64,000 nt of DNA, from assembly GCF_009914755.1 (NCBI RefSeq), contig NC_060942.1. One strand, 5' to 3'. The DNA is from the human T2T-CHM13v2.0 reference genome, Homo sapiens. Of the stretch, positions 13,026-28,800 are shown in pieces. The position numbers and the translations under genes were made by a program. How positions within the stretch are numbered: position 1 is the first letter of the stretch; every line of letters begins with the position of its first letter. The notes below the pieces were generated by a model. That model was not told the DNA's origin, ran no database searches, and was given only the letters and a program-made list of their open reading frames with translations.

Positions 13026-15473
13026 ATTAGTGATATTATGTAGCCTCTAAGTAACAGAATTCTCATATAGAGGTCAAAAAAGCAAATCTCCTAGTTAACA
13101 TTTGCTTTTCTTCAGAAATCTTTTAGGTATAGCCTGAAGCAGTTTTAGAATCCTAAAAATAAAGGAAAATGACAGATATGACTATAACAATTAAGATGTA
13201 AAAAGCACGTTAATGCTGTAAATAAACTTTATTCTCCATGTGTCTTCTGCATAATACATTAGAGGTTTTCTGGATATATTTTATGGTATTTTATCACTTT
13301 CTAGTTCCAAGATTGGTGCTCAATCAGCCCCAGGAACTACTGAATTAATCATCAAATTAGATTTCATAAATAATATTAAATCGACATTGTAGCAAATTTA
13401 GTGCTATGTTTTGAAACAAAAATGGTGTTTATTTTATGTAAAATAACAAAACCCACTAATCATACATATTAACTTAAAATAAACCAGTCTTGACAGATGA
13501 AATTTGTTCGTTTGGAATGCTTCATGGAGGAAAACAGAGATAAAACATCCCATCCCTGGCTACCCCTGAGTTACACCATAAATAATTTTCCCACATGTTA
13601 GAGGTCCCTCTTTTACAAATAATAGCTTACATATTTCTGAGGTGCAGAAGATTTCATTAAAAGCAATAAATTTCACTACGTTGTAAATCACATCACATTT
13701 CTGATTCCCGTGATTTGCCATAGGTACCATTATTTTGCTATTCATCTAGATCCAAAAACTATGGCAATCAGTAACCAAGTGTTTATTTTACCACCAAGTC
13801 TCTTGCTTTGATCATTTTCTTCCTATTCCTAGATTTTGCATGATTTTCAAGTTCCTCGGCCACCTGGACACCAGCAACAATCTGCCCATCAACCTCTGTT
13901 CCTTCATGTTTTGCCTTTTCACATGGGCTGCACACCACTGATGAACTGACCAATCTAAAACCCCATCTTTATTGTTGTGTTTTTCATGGAAAATTATCAT
14001 TATTTATATTGGTTGCCTCTTGCTAAGACTGGCAAAAAAAAAAAAAAGAAAAAAATGAGAAAAAACAGAAAACTGAAAAGTGATAGGTGTCTGCAGGGGT
14101 ATGGGGCCGTAAAACGTTTGAACACTGCTAGAGGGAGCCAACTGGAGCTGTCAATCTGTAGAGAAGTCTGGCTGAACTCAGTTAAATTTAGGGTATCCAT
14201 TGTGCGTGTGTGTGCATGTACAAGTGTGAGCATGCGAACACATGCATTTTCTTGAAATAAGTTTATTCATCTTTTCACCTAACCAAATTCTAATCCTTCT
14301 AGAGTTCTTACCACTTACTGGCTACTTAATTGGAGAAAGTCATTTAATCTCTTCTGAAAAATGGGAAAAACAATGCTCAACTTATAAATTTATTGATTAT
14401 TACTTTTAGTAATATGGATCAAAAAATAGATAAACATGCTTATAGTGGCTTAATTAATAATCACTGAAAACCAGAAGAAATCTGAAGGTCCTTAAGCCAG
14501 TGAATTAATAGTAAACTTATGCTTATAACGAAATACGAATCAGAATTAAAAAGGAAGAAATAATCAAAACAAGCAGTAACATGGACGAATCTCAAATACA
14601 TTAGGCTAAGGGAAAAAGCCAGCCTCAAGAGATTGAGTTTTGTTTTACTGTGTTTGATGTTCTGGAAAGCAAAGTAGATCAGGAATTGCCAGGACTTGTG
14701 GAGCAGTTGACTGCAAAGGATCCTGTACTGATGGGATAGTCGAATGTACTACATCTTGATCATGGTGGGCTACAGGTCTGTTTGAGCTTGTCAAAACTAA
14801 GAGAACTGTGCACTAAAAGGGGTAAAATTTACTGTAATCTGTTCCTTAAGAATTCTTACTAAAACAGAAAGCTGATTGAGCTGATGATATAAAGTAACAA
14901 TTAAATTAAAAAAGTAAACAAGGCACTTTGTAAGCTGCAACGTGATATTTGAATTCAATAGATTATTAAAAGAATCATTCATTACATATTTAATAATTGA
15001 TTAACTGAGTGGTTACACACATATATAACATACAGATAAATTGCTATTACTTAATGAAATAAAATACATAAAATATCAAAGTAACTCAACCATTAAAATT
15101 TATTTACTCTGGGGCTATGAAACATCAAAAAGAGACAAGGTAGTAAACTATATACAATTTCAGTAAAATTTGGCACTCACATATATGACTGTGCTACATT
15201 AACTATGGTTGTTCTTATCCCATCTTGGTGAATATGACCACTGTCTCTCTGTGACTGTATAGCCAGTTATGCGAACCCTCTGTAATGCTCGTCTCTCCTC
15301 CATTCCCATCTACAAGCAGTGAACACATAATGTCAAGATTGCCCCCTTTGCATCTCCCTAACCCATTCATCCACATCGTTAAACTAATACTATCTGAGCT
15401 TCAATTCTCATTGTTTCTTACTGGACTACTGAAATATGCTCTCAGTTTTCTGTGATAGTTGATAGTTTGATAG

Positions 15474-15794
<321 letters not shown>

Positions 15795-16554
15795 CACTCT
15801 TTCTTAAAAATGGAAGAGCTTCCAAAAGAGATCTTAGTAAAACAGTAGCAATTATGAAGATTTAAGAAAAAAGGTACCGAGGGATAAGATGTCCAGGAAC
15901 AAGAGATATTTGGAAATCTGAGGAGCAAGCAAGCAGATAAACTGGGTGACCAGCACTCTTTGACGATTGGAGAGGTCTGTAAATATACAGCAGGAGACCA
16001 GGACCTCAGGAGAATGACATTTTTCTCAGGAAAAGCAACTGGCAGGAAGAAAATTGGGGGTAGCTAGACATAGCGAAATTCGAATAAAAACAAATACTAA
16101 TAAGGCACACACATAAGCAAAAGGTCAAGGATGGAGTTATTGAAATTAGGTGGATGTTGGAAACCAGGTCTTAAGAACACTTTATTCCTGGCTGATATAG
16201 AAGCACAAGCCAGACCAGAAATAATCAGGATTCAAGGCTCAAATTTAGGCTTCTGTGCTACGGCGACTGCAAGGTATGGCTGGTAGGAATTTAGCAGATA
16301 GCGTAATGACTTCTGCTTTGGAAACGTCAGGAGTGCATGTCTGGGAAATGAGTGGAACTTGGTAGCTCAGTTGGGCTGTTCTTGGGAAGGACTAAAATAG
16401 CTTGCTGGAACCCTCTATGACTCAGGTGTTCACTGAAAGATTCATCATCCCGATTGTGGCATTGATTTATTTTTGCTAATCACTAAAGTTGATTCAGCCA
16501 TCACAGTGGCACAGTCTGCTTGCCACATCATTGGAGTTTATGTCACAGTCATCC

Positions 16555-16805
16555 AGAGGGATAGTATAACATAGTTAGAAGCAGAGACTGGGATCAGACT
16601 GGCTAGGTTTGAAGCAGAGCCCCTCTACTTACTATCTGTTTGACCTTGGGAAAGTTAGTTAAATTATTAGTGTTTGTGACCTTAAATTGTTAACATTCAA
16701 GCTGGAGATACGAATAATACCTATGTTATAGGGTTAATATGACTAAATATACTTTAACCACTCAGAACACTGGCTGGTACACAGTAAGTGCTGCATAATT
16801 GTTAC
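16555..16805 (+). mobile_element. MIR
   Basis: gtataacatagttagaagcagagact...tgaccttgggaaagtta...ctggtacacagtaagtgct. Confidence 0.75.
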
Positions 16806-17309
16806 ACTCACCTGATAAGCTGTGTGACTTACCCGAGTTTACATCATGTATAGCAGGTTCTCATGCAGAATATTAAGTATTCTGAGAAGATGAATATGTT
16901 TCATAAGTATTTTTGAAAAGATGCATTTCTTCTTTGAATGGTAGTTTTCCTCATTACTCTTTTTATCCCTATGGTTTTATATCTGTGTGATGGTATGCTA
17001 TATATATATATATATACACACACACGGTTAAAATGTTTATAAATTATATTTATATATTTATCTAAATATAAATTATATTATGCATACATTTGTCAAATAA
17101 CATATTATTCTGACAATAGTTAAAATGGTAAGGGAGATTTTATTTAGGGCTATCATATTAGGCGTCAAGACCATCGGACAATGGTGAGACTCCAAATACA
17201 ACAAAGACAGCTGGAGATGTGAAGCCTTACAGCAGAGTTAGTGGACAGAAAATTACTAAGAGAAGACTTCAAGTGCAGGGAATCTTGCTAAACCGATTTA
17301 AACTGATTC

Positions 17310-17522
17310 TTTTTCCTAAACTTTAATTTCAGGTTTAAGGGTGCATGTGCAGGATTGTTATATAGGCAAACAGTGTCACGGGGGTTTGGTGTACAGATTA
17401 TTTAGTAAAAAAGGTATAATAGGCATAGTACTCAATAAGTATTTTTTCTTTCAGATCCTCTCCTTCCCCTCAACCCTCCACCCTGTTGTTCTCCTCTTTG
17501 TGTTCATGTGTTCTCATTGTTA
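17310..17522 (-). mobile_element. L1PA 3' fragment inserted in the LTR
   Basis: gtgcatgtgcaggattgttatataggcaaac...gtgttcatgtgttctcattg. Confidence 0.8.
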
Positions 17523-17814
17523 AATGGACTCGTGATAAGACAAGTCAAGTGATCAGGTATCAAGGGAAGGGAGCTTCTCCTTAAGCCAATTCAGCAGGAT
17601 TCTTGCTACAACCAGCTAGGCAGTACTGAGAACAAAGCCCAAAGACCAGGCCTCATCAAAAAGAGGGTTCAGTAGAGCCTGTCTAAAGTTTGGTCAAGAG
17701 AGAGTCTTTGTAAGTCTCTCTTCTTATTCAAAGAAGAGGCATTCTCTTTTCCTCTGAACAATATAAGTCCATGTCCTGTTTGATCACCTTTATTCATTAA
17801 AAACAAGCCCTTCA

Positions 17815-18372
<558 letters not shown>

Positions 18373-21300
18373 TTATTAGGGACACCACGTCAGGAGAGTG
18401 GAATAAATATTGGAAAAATTAATTTGAACAATTGTAGCCAAATATTGAGGAAATGGGAGAACTGAGAATTTTGTAAGGACTGAAAAAATGTGCAAGATGT
18501 AGAATCCATTCTGATTTAGAGATGGGTAACAAAATCTCAAAGACAGTGAATGGGACCAGAACCCGATAACCCACATGATGTGCGACAGTTTTCTACGGAA
18601 ACAAAATTTCTCACTACAGTCACCATCATTTTTGGTCAAAGATAACCAAAGTTAGGTTATTCTTGCTTACAAAATAAGTGTGGTCTCATTACATTTGGCC
18701 AAATAATTTACACAAGTGCAACAAAAATGGTAACTGACCACACTGGCCTTTTTAAGTTTCCCTTGCTAAAACTTTACATACGGAATTTCAGATTTGACTT
18801 TCAGAAGCCTATTGAGCAAAGAAAAAAGCCAAGAACCTCCTAGCATGCTTCACCTACATTACCTATAGATGTGGGTGAATTCCTCTCTTCTCAAGGTTCC
18901 CAAAATTTCCTTTTTCTGGAATCTCCCGGAAAGTGATTTTCCTCACTCACCTCTAAAGCTGGAGACCCTGTGAGCCAGGGCCAGGCTTGTTTTTCCAAGG
19001 CAGCTTTGCAAGCATTGACTCCACAAAGTCAATCTTAGTTTCTTAAAACTGTCTGATCAGACCTTATTTTATGCAACATCATTCTGAAATATGACTTTCC
19101 AGTAAAAGCCTTTGTTATATAACCAATTTGTCCAATTATACCCTGCTATGAGGAAGACAGACTCCTATTGAAGTATATAAATATTTATATTGCCATGAAA
19201 CAGAGAACACTCAATAAGACACACCAAATTTTTCCTTTGGGAAGGCAAAATGTTAATAATGTTAATATTCCTTGTTTCCTAGGGGGATTAGTGAGAAAGA
19301 AAAAGATAAATGTTTTTCTTCTATTTATACTACATTTTTATGGGTTATAGATAGTTTAATACAGAAGGGAAAGGAGTTATCACATCCAGAAAATAGAACA
19401 TTGAATAACCAGCAACGTTCCAAACAGAAGCCATAAAAATTATTATCATTTTTTATCAGTTCATTCAGTCCCATGTAATTCATGATTATTCTACTTGATC
19501 TGGGGTTAGCAGTTTTACAAATCCATCAGCTTCTTCACTAGAGTTCTGAAAATCTTTATTCAGTCTAGTGGGATGGTCTCAAAATAATTTAAAGACTACC
19601 ATCAACAGCCTGTACCCACAAGTACCTATTATAGCTTTCGAAGTTTCTTTCAGACCATCCCTTTTTGTTTAAGATAAGCCCTCTGGCCTGTAGCTGACTG
19701 CGAATGCTTTTAGAGAATAATCAGATTAAAACAAAAACTATCTGTGAATTAAAAAAAAATGTAAATGGCCATGGTGAAAGATCTGATGAGAATTCATTTG
19801 ACAAGGAAATGTGGTTATTTCTGTGACATGCAATATTTTAAAATATTATCTGGAATTATGACAATAACATTATAACCAGAAATAGCATGGACAATGATGT
19901 TACTGAAATATTTCTATGAACTTCATACAACTTTTGAAATTTTTATGGTAATAATATTTACAAATGTAACATAGGAAAGATTAAGCATCTCTTCTTCGAC
20001 AATCCTTTTCATGCAATTAAACATATCAAACAAACCTATTTTTTAAAGGATGTTAAAAAAGACAAATCTTTTGAGATTTTCTAGGCTGCTTCAGAGGAAT
20101 CTCAAAGTCAGTTCAATATCAGTAATATTTCATTTGGGATTTGATTTTGGGAAGGCAAAATTTTAATAATATTAAAACGTTGACACATTTGATTAAATGG
20201 GATCTTAGGTCATTGTGAAACAATATTAGCTACCTATTTAACCAAAATGTCCATTTAAAAATTCAAAACTAAACATAGGAGGAATATAATCATAATAAAA
20301 TTTTAATTTTCATTCTTTTAACAAGTGAGAAGACTCAGTTCTCTTAAATAATCAAGAACATGATAAAGTCAATATAAAGCACAGGAAATTATTCTGATAA
20401 GAAACAGAATCTTTGTTGCTCAGGCAGATTGCTTTAAAAAAAAAGAAAAAATCTTTTAAAATCTCTTACTAAGAACAGACAAATAATCTGAGAAAACTTT
20501 GTTATTTTAACAAAGAAAACTAAATTCTAGTTTGTATTCATGTACTGTTAATAGGAAACCTTAACAAAAGAAAGTAAACAAATCTTATAAATAAATTCAT
20601 GCAGCCTTATCCATGAGGTAAGATTGCTTTTCCAAGATTCATTTTCTGTAACTTTATATATCCATTAAGTTTTTCCCCTATATTTTTCATTGCTTTTTAC
20701 CTAGAACAAAATTATACACTTTTTCCCTTAACAAAAATACACCTTACATTCCTGAATATGTTGCATATCATGTTGTTTCCCATCTGCATATTTTTACTAC
20801 TTTTGTTTTCATATCTTGATTAGCATGTTTACCATTCGTAGTTTTTTTCTTTCTCTCACAATGAAAATGAGGAAATAGACAATTGTGAATTGTCTTTTAC
20901 ATATAAAATTCTGTAGCCTAAGAGTAAACTTTATGACTATACTATCTCATAATTTTTATAGGTGTATGCCTCTTCATAGTACAATTTTTCAATGCAGCAT
21001 AAAGAACATGCTTATTTACAGACCCAAATATATTTAATCTCTCATTACCACATAAAAATAAGAGCTAAAATTATAAACACTTAAATGTAGGCTTAATAAT
21101 GAATGCTTCAGGAATTTATCCTACTTATTAGTGAATATTCATTACTTAACTTTGCATAAATCTAAGGCTCAAAGTTAACAAAAAAGATTTTGGAAACTAT
21201 TTTTTGGCAGACATATTATAACTTAAACTAAGCCAGCTATTATCTCAAGTTGTTTTCCTGTCAATTGTCTTTAATAACACATGGATATTAGGCAAGTATC

Positions 21301-21994
21301 AGAAAAAAAAATCTAAAAAAGTTATGTATATGGGTTTTTTGTTTCACTGCTATGGTTGGTATGAATGAAGTGATTCATTCTTACTGCTTCTTTGTACATT
21401 TGTCCTTAGGTTGAATTCATAATTTTCATACTCTTAAACATGTCATAAATATTACCTCATTTGACAAGTAAATCAAAGCAGAATAGAAATGTATGTTTAT
21501 ATTTTACTTAATTATTGATAATTCAGAAGACATACTAATTTTTATTAAACCAGTAATACCAAAGTCTTATTTATCAAAGATTTACTCAAATCTTGTGAAC
21601 TAGAAAAACATTTGGTTTAGTTACTATATTTCTGAGAGTTTCAGGATTTAATACATATGTGTGTGTGTTTATTTATCTCTAAACAAATTTAAATAGAGCT
21701 TCCTACAGGACTTAATGAATTTATTTGCTAATACTATCCAGATGCAAAAAGATGTCACATATATGTATACATAATATATGTATACACACACAAACATACA
21801 GACAGATGCATGTAGATACTCTGTGCCTTTCATTTTAAAATTCTAGCTAGGAGTCAGGTAAATATAATAATACAAAATTCACTAGCTGATATAAGTTAAT
21901 TGGTTCTCTCTTTGCTTCACTTTGTATTTTTATCTAAATTGTGTTTCTGGTGGAAGAAATGTGTTAAGGTTACTTGTTAAAGATGATAGCTTAT

Positions 21995-22222
21995 GATTTT
22001 TTTATATTTTTTTTATTTCAATAGCTTCAGGGTGCAAGTGGTTTTTGGTTACATGGATGAACTGTACAGTGGTGAAGCCTGGGATTTTAGTGTACCCATT
22101 ACCCCAATAGTGTACACTGTAACCAATGGGAAATTTTTCATCCTTCACTTCCCTCCCACCCTCCCTGCATCTGAGTCTCCAATGTTCGTTATGCTACTCT
22201 CTATGCCTTTGTGCACCTATGA
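21995..22222 (-). mobile_element. L1PB-like 3' fragment
   Basis: ttcaatagcttcagggtgcaagtggtttttggttacatggatgaactgtacagtggtgaag. Confidence 0.75.
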
Positions 22223-22258
22223 GAGCTAATATTTTCACCAATATTTATGAAAAAAACT

Positions 22259-22617
22259 TGATATGGTTTGGCTGTGTCCCCACCCAAACCTTGAATTGTA
22301 GCTCCCATAAATCCCATGTGTCATGAGAGGGACCCAGTGGGAGGTAACTGAATCATGGGGGTGGGTCTTTCCCATGCTGTTCTCATGAGAGTGAATAAGT
22401 CTCATAAGATCTGATGATTTTATAAAGGGGAGTTCCCCTGCATAAGCTCTCTTGCCAGTGGCCATGTAAGATGTGACTTTGCTCCTCCTTCACCTTCCTC
22501 CTTGATAGTGAGACCTCTGCAGCCATGTGGAACTTTAAGTCCATTAAACCTCTTTTCTTTATAAATTACCCAGTCTCAGGTGTGTCCTTATTAGCAGTGT
22601 GAGAACGGACTAATACA
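22259..22617 (+). mobile_element. THE1 solo LTR
   Basis: tgatatggtttggctgtgtccccaccc...gagaacggactaataca; TSD aaact/acact. Confidence 0.93.
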
Positions 22618-23190
22618 ACACTTTAAGATTGCCTTTTGCACTGGTATGTAGTGGCTTTGGTGGTCCATGAGATCCTTGAGGATCCTAAATGTGGAGCAGG
22701 GGCCTGAAGTTCAAGGGATAGTCAGGAGTTGAGGGGCTGGAATGGGAATGGAAAAGCCTCACAAGAGTGGGTGGAGGAATGGAGAAGGTAGGGGTTGGGA
22801 TGGGGACAAATTAAAGGATTCAAAGTGACCTAAGCTGGTAAGAGGAGGGAGGAGCGTGGGCACTGGGAAGGGAGAGGTCTGAGAGGAGCCTGTTAGAGGG
22901 CATCTCAATTTTCCTGAAGAAGCCAGTGAAGTTCCAAAATATCTAGTAAAGGCATGCCAATAAGAAAAGAATAGGACAGAGTTAGCATCTTAGTGTAGAG
23001 CATGTCAGTGGGGATTTGAGAAGGATGTTGGGGCAGGAATGGGGAGTGGAAGGGTCTAGTCCACTGAGAAGCTCCCATGTTCTTAACTAGTGGTGCCTTG
23101 CAAACAAAGAAGCCTAGGACTCTAACCCAGCCTTTATGTCTTATAAACAGAAAAACTTGAGACTGTCACCCAGCTTCTAAAAGAGTGGCA

Positions 23191-23731
<541 letters not shown>

Positions 23732-24370
23732 AAACCTCACAAAAGAGCCAGAAGTTTCCACCTCAAATGTCAAGTCCTTACTACCCTCCCCCACCCCACC
23801 AAAAAAAAAAACAAAAAAACACAAGACAATTTCCATCCATGAAGATTTTTGCCCAGAGCCTGGAATTACAACCCATTCTTGAGAGTATGTTCAGAATCTT
23901 AAAATCAAAATCCTTCTTACTGTGCTTCCATGGACTGTAATTTGGAGCACTGGATTGGATCAGGAATTGGACTCACCTCTCCTTAAATATTAAAGTGACT
24001 TAACAGGAGTTTTGCTACAACTGGGTTGGGCAGGCTCCAGGAAAAGGCCAAAGGACAAGCCCTCATAAGAAGAGGGATCAGAGGAGCCTGTCTAACATTA
24101 GGTCAAGGACAGAGTCTTTGTCATGTTCAAGCTACCATATATTGAAAGTATCTGTCTAACTATCTATCTATCTGCCTTCCTATTCATGTGTACATTCATG
24201 TGCAAGTTAAAAAAAATGAGGACTTTTATTCTTTGTTTAAAATATTAAGAAAATATGTATTAGATTAAAACGCTTGGTAATAAATTCAGAGTTAAAAATT
24301 TTAAATGTAATCAATTTCCCATCTCTAAGCTAATATGTGGGCTGAAAAAAATGTAATTAAAGGCAACAAA

Positions 24371-24450
24371 ATATATACATATATACATATGTATATATAC
24401 GTATATATATACGTATATATACGTATATATATACGTATATATATTATATA

Positions 24451-24485
<35 letters not shown>
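24371..24485. repeat. Alternating purine-pyrimidine (TA)n/(TATATACG)n repeat
   Basis: Directly visible. Confidence 0.92.
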
Positions 24486-24493
24486 TCATTCTT

Positions 24494-24809
<316 letters not shown>

Positions 24810-25619
24810 TCAAAAAAGCTTTTTTAGACATATTTTGTTTTGCCATTTACTACCTAAACTACAAAATGTGTTTTCCTCTGGTATAAGAATGCAATAAAAG
24901 GATTTAATACAACCAAATGCTGCTAATCATCGTTAAAATCTATAATTACTTCATGTAATTGGTTTTAATTTTGCTTAAATAAATAATTATGCTTTCAGGG
25001 AAAGGCATCTAATCTCTGAAGGAACATCCTGACTCCTGATTCTGAAAGATATTTCTCAAACCAGAGTTTAAGCTTAAAGTTTCAGGACCAGCTTTAAAAC
25101 AGCAAATTGTTCAATTTAAGGATAGCTAATTTGCGTCTTGCACTTGATTTCTTAGGCTAAACTTCAGAATTCTAAACAGAGAGGGATCTCTGGCCTTTAT
25201 AAAATATACATTACATGGAAAAATGAACTATTTGTGTTTATAGGTTCGAGTATTTTGAGTTTATCTTTGCAAAGAGTGCTGGCAACAGAAACAGAGGAAA
25301 AAATATTTCCATTATCATTTTCTGCATGGGGATGATGACTAAACATGAGAGCCCAAACTTTGGTGTTTCCAATGTAAGCAGTTTAGTAAATTTATATCAG
25401 CTGTTGCAAGACTTCTCTTATAATTACAATGGAACAGATTTTATGTGTGCAGCATGCAAATCTAAATTGTCCTTTTTAAACAATGTGTTATATTTAAATA
25501 ACTGTGATAGAAACATTTATGAATAATGAGAATATATAGATTTCTGGATGAAATTGTTTTTTCACACTGTATCTTTTATACTGGACATGTAATATAATAC
25601 ATATTCCAATAATATAATA

Positions 25620-25850
25620 TAATAGTTCAAAGAATAGGTTCTGAAGTTAGAAAGTTCAGGATTTGAATCCCACCTTTGTAATTTATTTACTTTGAGACTT
25701 TGACCATATCATTTATCTTTTTGAACATTATATTCATCATCTATAAAATGGTAACAGTATACCTTGTATGGTTGTCATAATGATTAAATGGAAAGATAAT
25801 TGTTCAGCACTCAGTATCATGTCTAGCTATATTAAGTGCTCATTGTCAAC
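25620..25850 (+). mobile_element. MIR
   Basis: ggatttgaatcccacc...tcatctataaaatggtaacagtatacc...attaaatggaaagataat. Confidence 0.75.
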
Positions 25851-28800
25851 ATCAGTGGCAGCATCATTCTGCCAAAATGCTTCTTGCATCTGCAATTTTT
25901 TTTCTCATCAATATGAAGCAAGAATCTGTTATACTTTGTACTATAACCTTCACATTATAGCTTCACTAATAGACCCTTGAAGCGGTATGCAGGAAGAAAC
26001 TTGGAAGGCCTCTCAGCTCATCTTTTGCAGCATTCAATTGTGTTTGCATTTATGTTTCAAAGATATTTGAGATATGAACAATGAAACGAGGAGTAATTTC
26101 TTGACCTCAAAACATCAAGAAATATTTCTGAAGTTTTCAAATTATACAATTATGTCAATTTGCATTTAGCAAAAATAAAGCCACATTCTTGTCTTTCTAT
26201 AACTTGATGTAAGGGAATTCCCGGAGGCCTCTCTCTGGAGCTTTTTTGCATACTAATGATGCAGTGGTTTAAATCACAGCACCAGCACCATCTATTGGGG
26301 AGTTTTTTTTCCTGAAACAAATGTTTCTGCAATTTTGGAAAAAATTTAGGTTCATTTCAATTCTCCATTAAGATAAAAAGTATCAAAAAGTAATAGGCCT
26401 TAGGGGAGAATAAGTCTTCCCTAATTGTCACAGTCTGATGCATGCATGCCTTTTGCCTGCTAATGACTGGGGAGATGTGGCAATTTCCTTTAAAAATCCA
26501 GCCCCTTGTCATTCTTTTGTGCCAAGATAATTCAGATGCAATGGATGAAGAGCAGATTAGGCCATGATCCACTGATCATAACTTTCCATTGGATTTATAG
26601 CACCAGATGGCCTAATTATTCTCAAAAGTTCTCAATCTCTGTCTGTCAGGGAGACCAGATGTAATTTCTACCTTCTGGTGAAATAAACTCCTAAGATTGA
26701 ACACAAGAAATAAAATGTGAAACATGGACCAAATACTTGAGATTAAAAGTTAGAAGTATGTAATGGGTAAAGGCCCTTGGGCCCATCATCTCCTCATCTG
26801 CCGAACGCAAGTTTCAGGAATGGTGCAGCTTCAGGGACATGAGAGGCATTTTCGTAGTGGGTACATTTTGACTGTAGGTATTTGTTTATATTCAAACACA
26901 CACACTCACACTCACACGTGTGTGTCTGTCCCCAAGTGTCTGGACCCTAGGCTGCTACACTTAAATGCTGTATAAAACATACAGAATTCAAACTTTCTTC
27001 CGGTGCCATTTGGTCTCACATTTATCTTTTGTTTCTTCTTAAGTTATTCTTTATTCAGTAAGTTAATATCTTGCAAAAAAAGAAAAAAAAAATCAATGTG
27101 TTAAAATGGTCCCCAATTCAGTTCTGTTTAAGATAGCCTTCAAATCATGCCTTATTTGCATCTTGGTACATGACTGTCTTCTAAGGATTCGACTAATTCT
27201 AGCATGCCTTCTGTCTTTCGAAGTAATTCACTAGATAGAAGACAAGAAAAAATAATAAACTGCAAAAATGGCTACTATAGTTTACCCCTCATGTTTTAAA
27301 ATGATGGGAATTCTCTGCGTCTTTCCCTGTCCACTTCAATTCTTCCAAGGTTCACAAGCCCTAGTTTGCGATTGGTTTGCTAGACCTGTGGCCATATTCA
27401 AAATGGGGGGCCCTTTCAGTCAGGATATCAACTGATGTTCAGTATTCAATGTCAACGTCAAAATAACATTCTCCTCCTCATATGTAAAAAAACGAAATTA
27501 TATTATTCACTTCAGTAAACACGCATTTACATTTCCACCCCACCCACCCCAGCCCACCCCCTCACCATCAGTTTAGCTGAGTATCCTCCAGGATTATTCT
27601 GAATGTTATTTTTTAAGAAGGACTACAAGCTCTTTCTGCACATCGAGGGCATCTTCAATTTTCTGTCACCATCCTTAAGCACACTGTCTGTTCCTTAGGC
27701 TGCTATACATAAATGTTGTGAAATGAAAAGAAAATATCTACACTCTGTTCCCAAAAGAATAGATCATTTTTTATAAGTCCTATAACTGCTCCTTCCACTT
27801 AAGAGTTTACAATTTCAGAGCAAAAACTGTGCTATGACATCCTGACATGGTGCTTGGGAATTAGAAAAGAAGATGGTATCACATTTTCATGTCCTAAATT
27901 TGTTTTTCAGTGATAATCTCCTCTCTGAAAGAATTATAAAAGAAAATTAGCAATTTGAAGATAAATACTACATAGAATAATATACTTTTAAGACTGGAGG
28001 GAATCTTTAAGATCCATGTAAAAATATTGCAAATGAGGGATTTTAGTAGTAAGAAAAATTTGCCAATTTTTACTCGATTAGTTTGGCTATTTTTATATAT
28101 TCTTTTTCCTATGATAATATTGTCATTGTGTCAGTTCCACAATAATGCTGCACCCAGAATCACAAGAAATGTTTCTTTTTGGTATAAAGTGAAGAAAATG
28201 CCCCTTTATCCTAGAGGACTTTTGAAGACATAAGAGATTAATATAAGTATTTTTAAATGAATAAACTTAGATCAAACAGACTTCAGCAAAATATTCAGGA
28301 GTTTCACATTCCAGATTATTACCAATATTCTTCTCCAACTCAGTGTTTATTGCAACCTGATATGAATTCAAAAGAAGTCAGCATTCCTGAAGAAAGCGGG
28401 TGAACAACAATAAAAGTTACATTCATTACTAGTCAGGTTGCAAGACTAGTAGTGGCTCATTAATTAGTAGCTTCCATTTTGCTAGGATAGCCTCAGTGCA
28501 AAGCAGCATTCTAACCCTGGGGAGTCCTGCTGTAGGCATTAAGAAGGGAGAATGAAGATTTCTTTTCCAAATTAAGTTGTCAAGGAGCTCATTTACACTA
28601 CACAGTGAGTGTATGTGGGCGAGCTGATGAAGATGATGATTTATGATGCTATAGACACTTGAGTAATTCTGGTGATGGAAATCCACAGCAAAACCCACTT
28701 AGGATGATAAAACAGAACTCCTATTATCTGTAGGAGGCAAAATCACGTGGCTTTTGCCCTTACAAATTTCAAGTTACCCCACTGGGTATGGGAATGCAAG

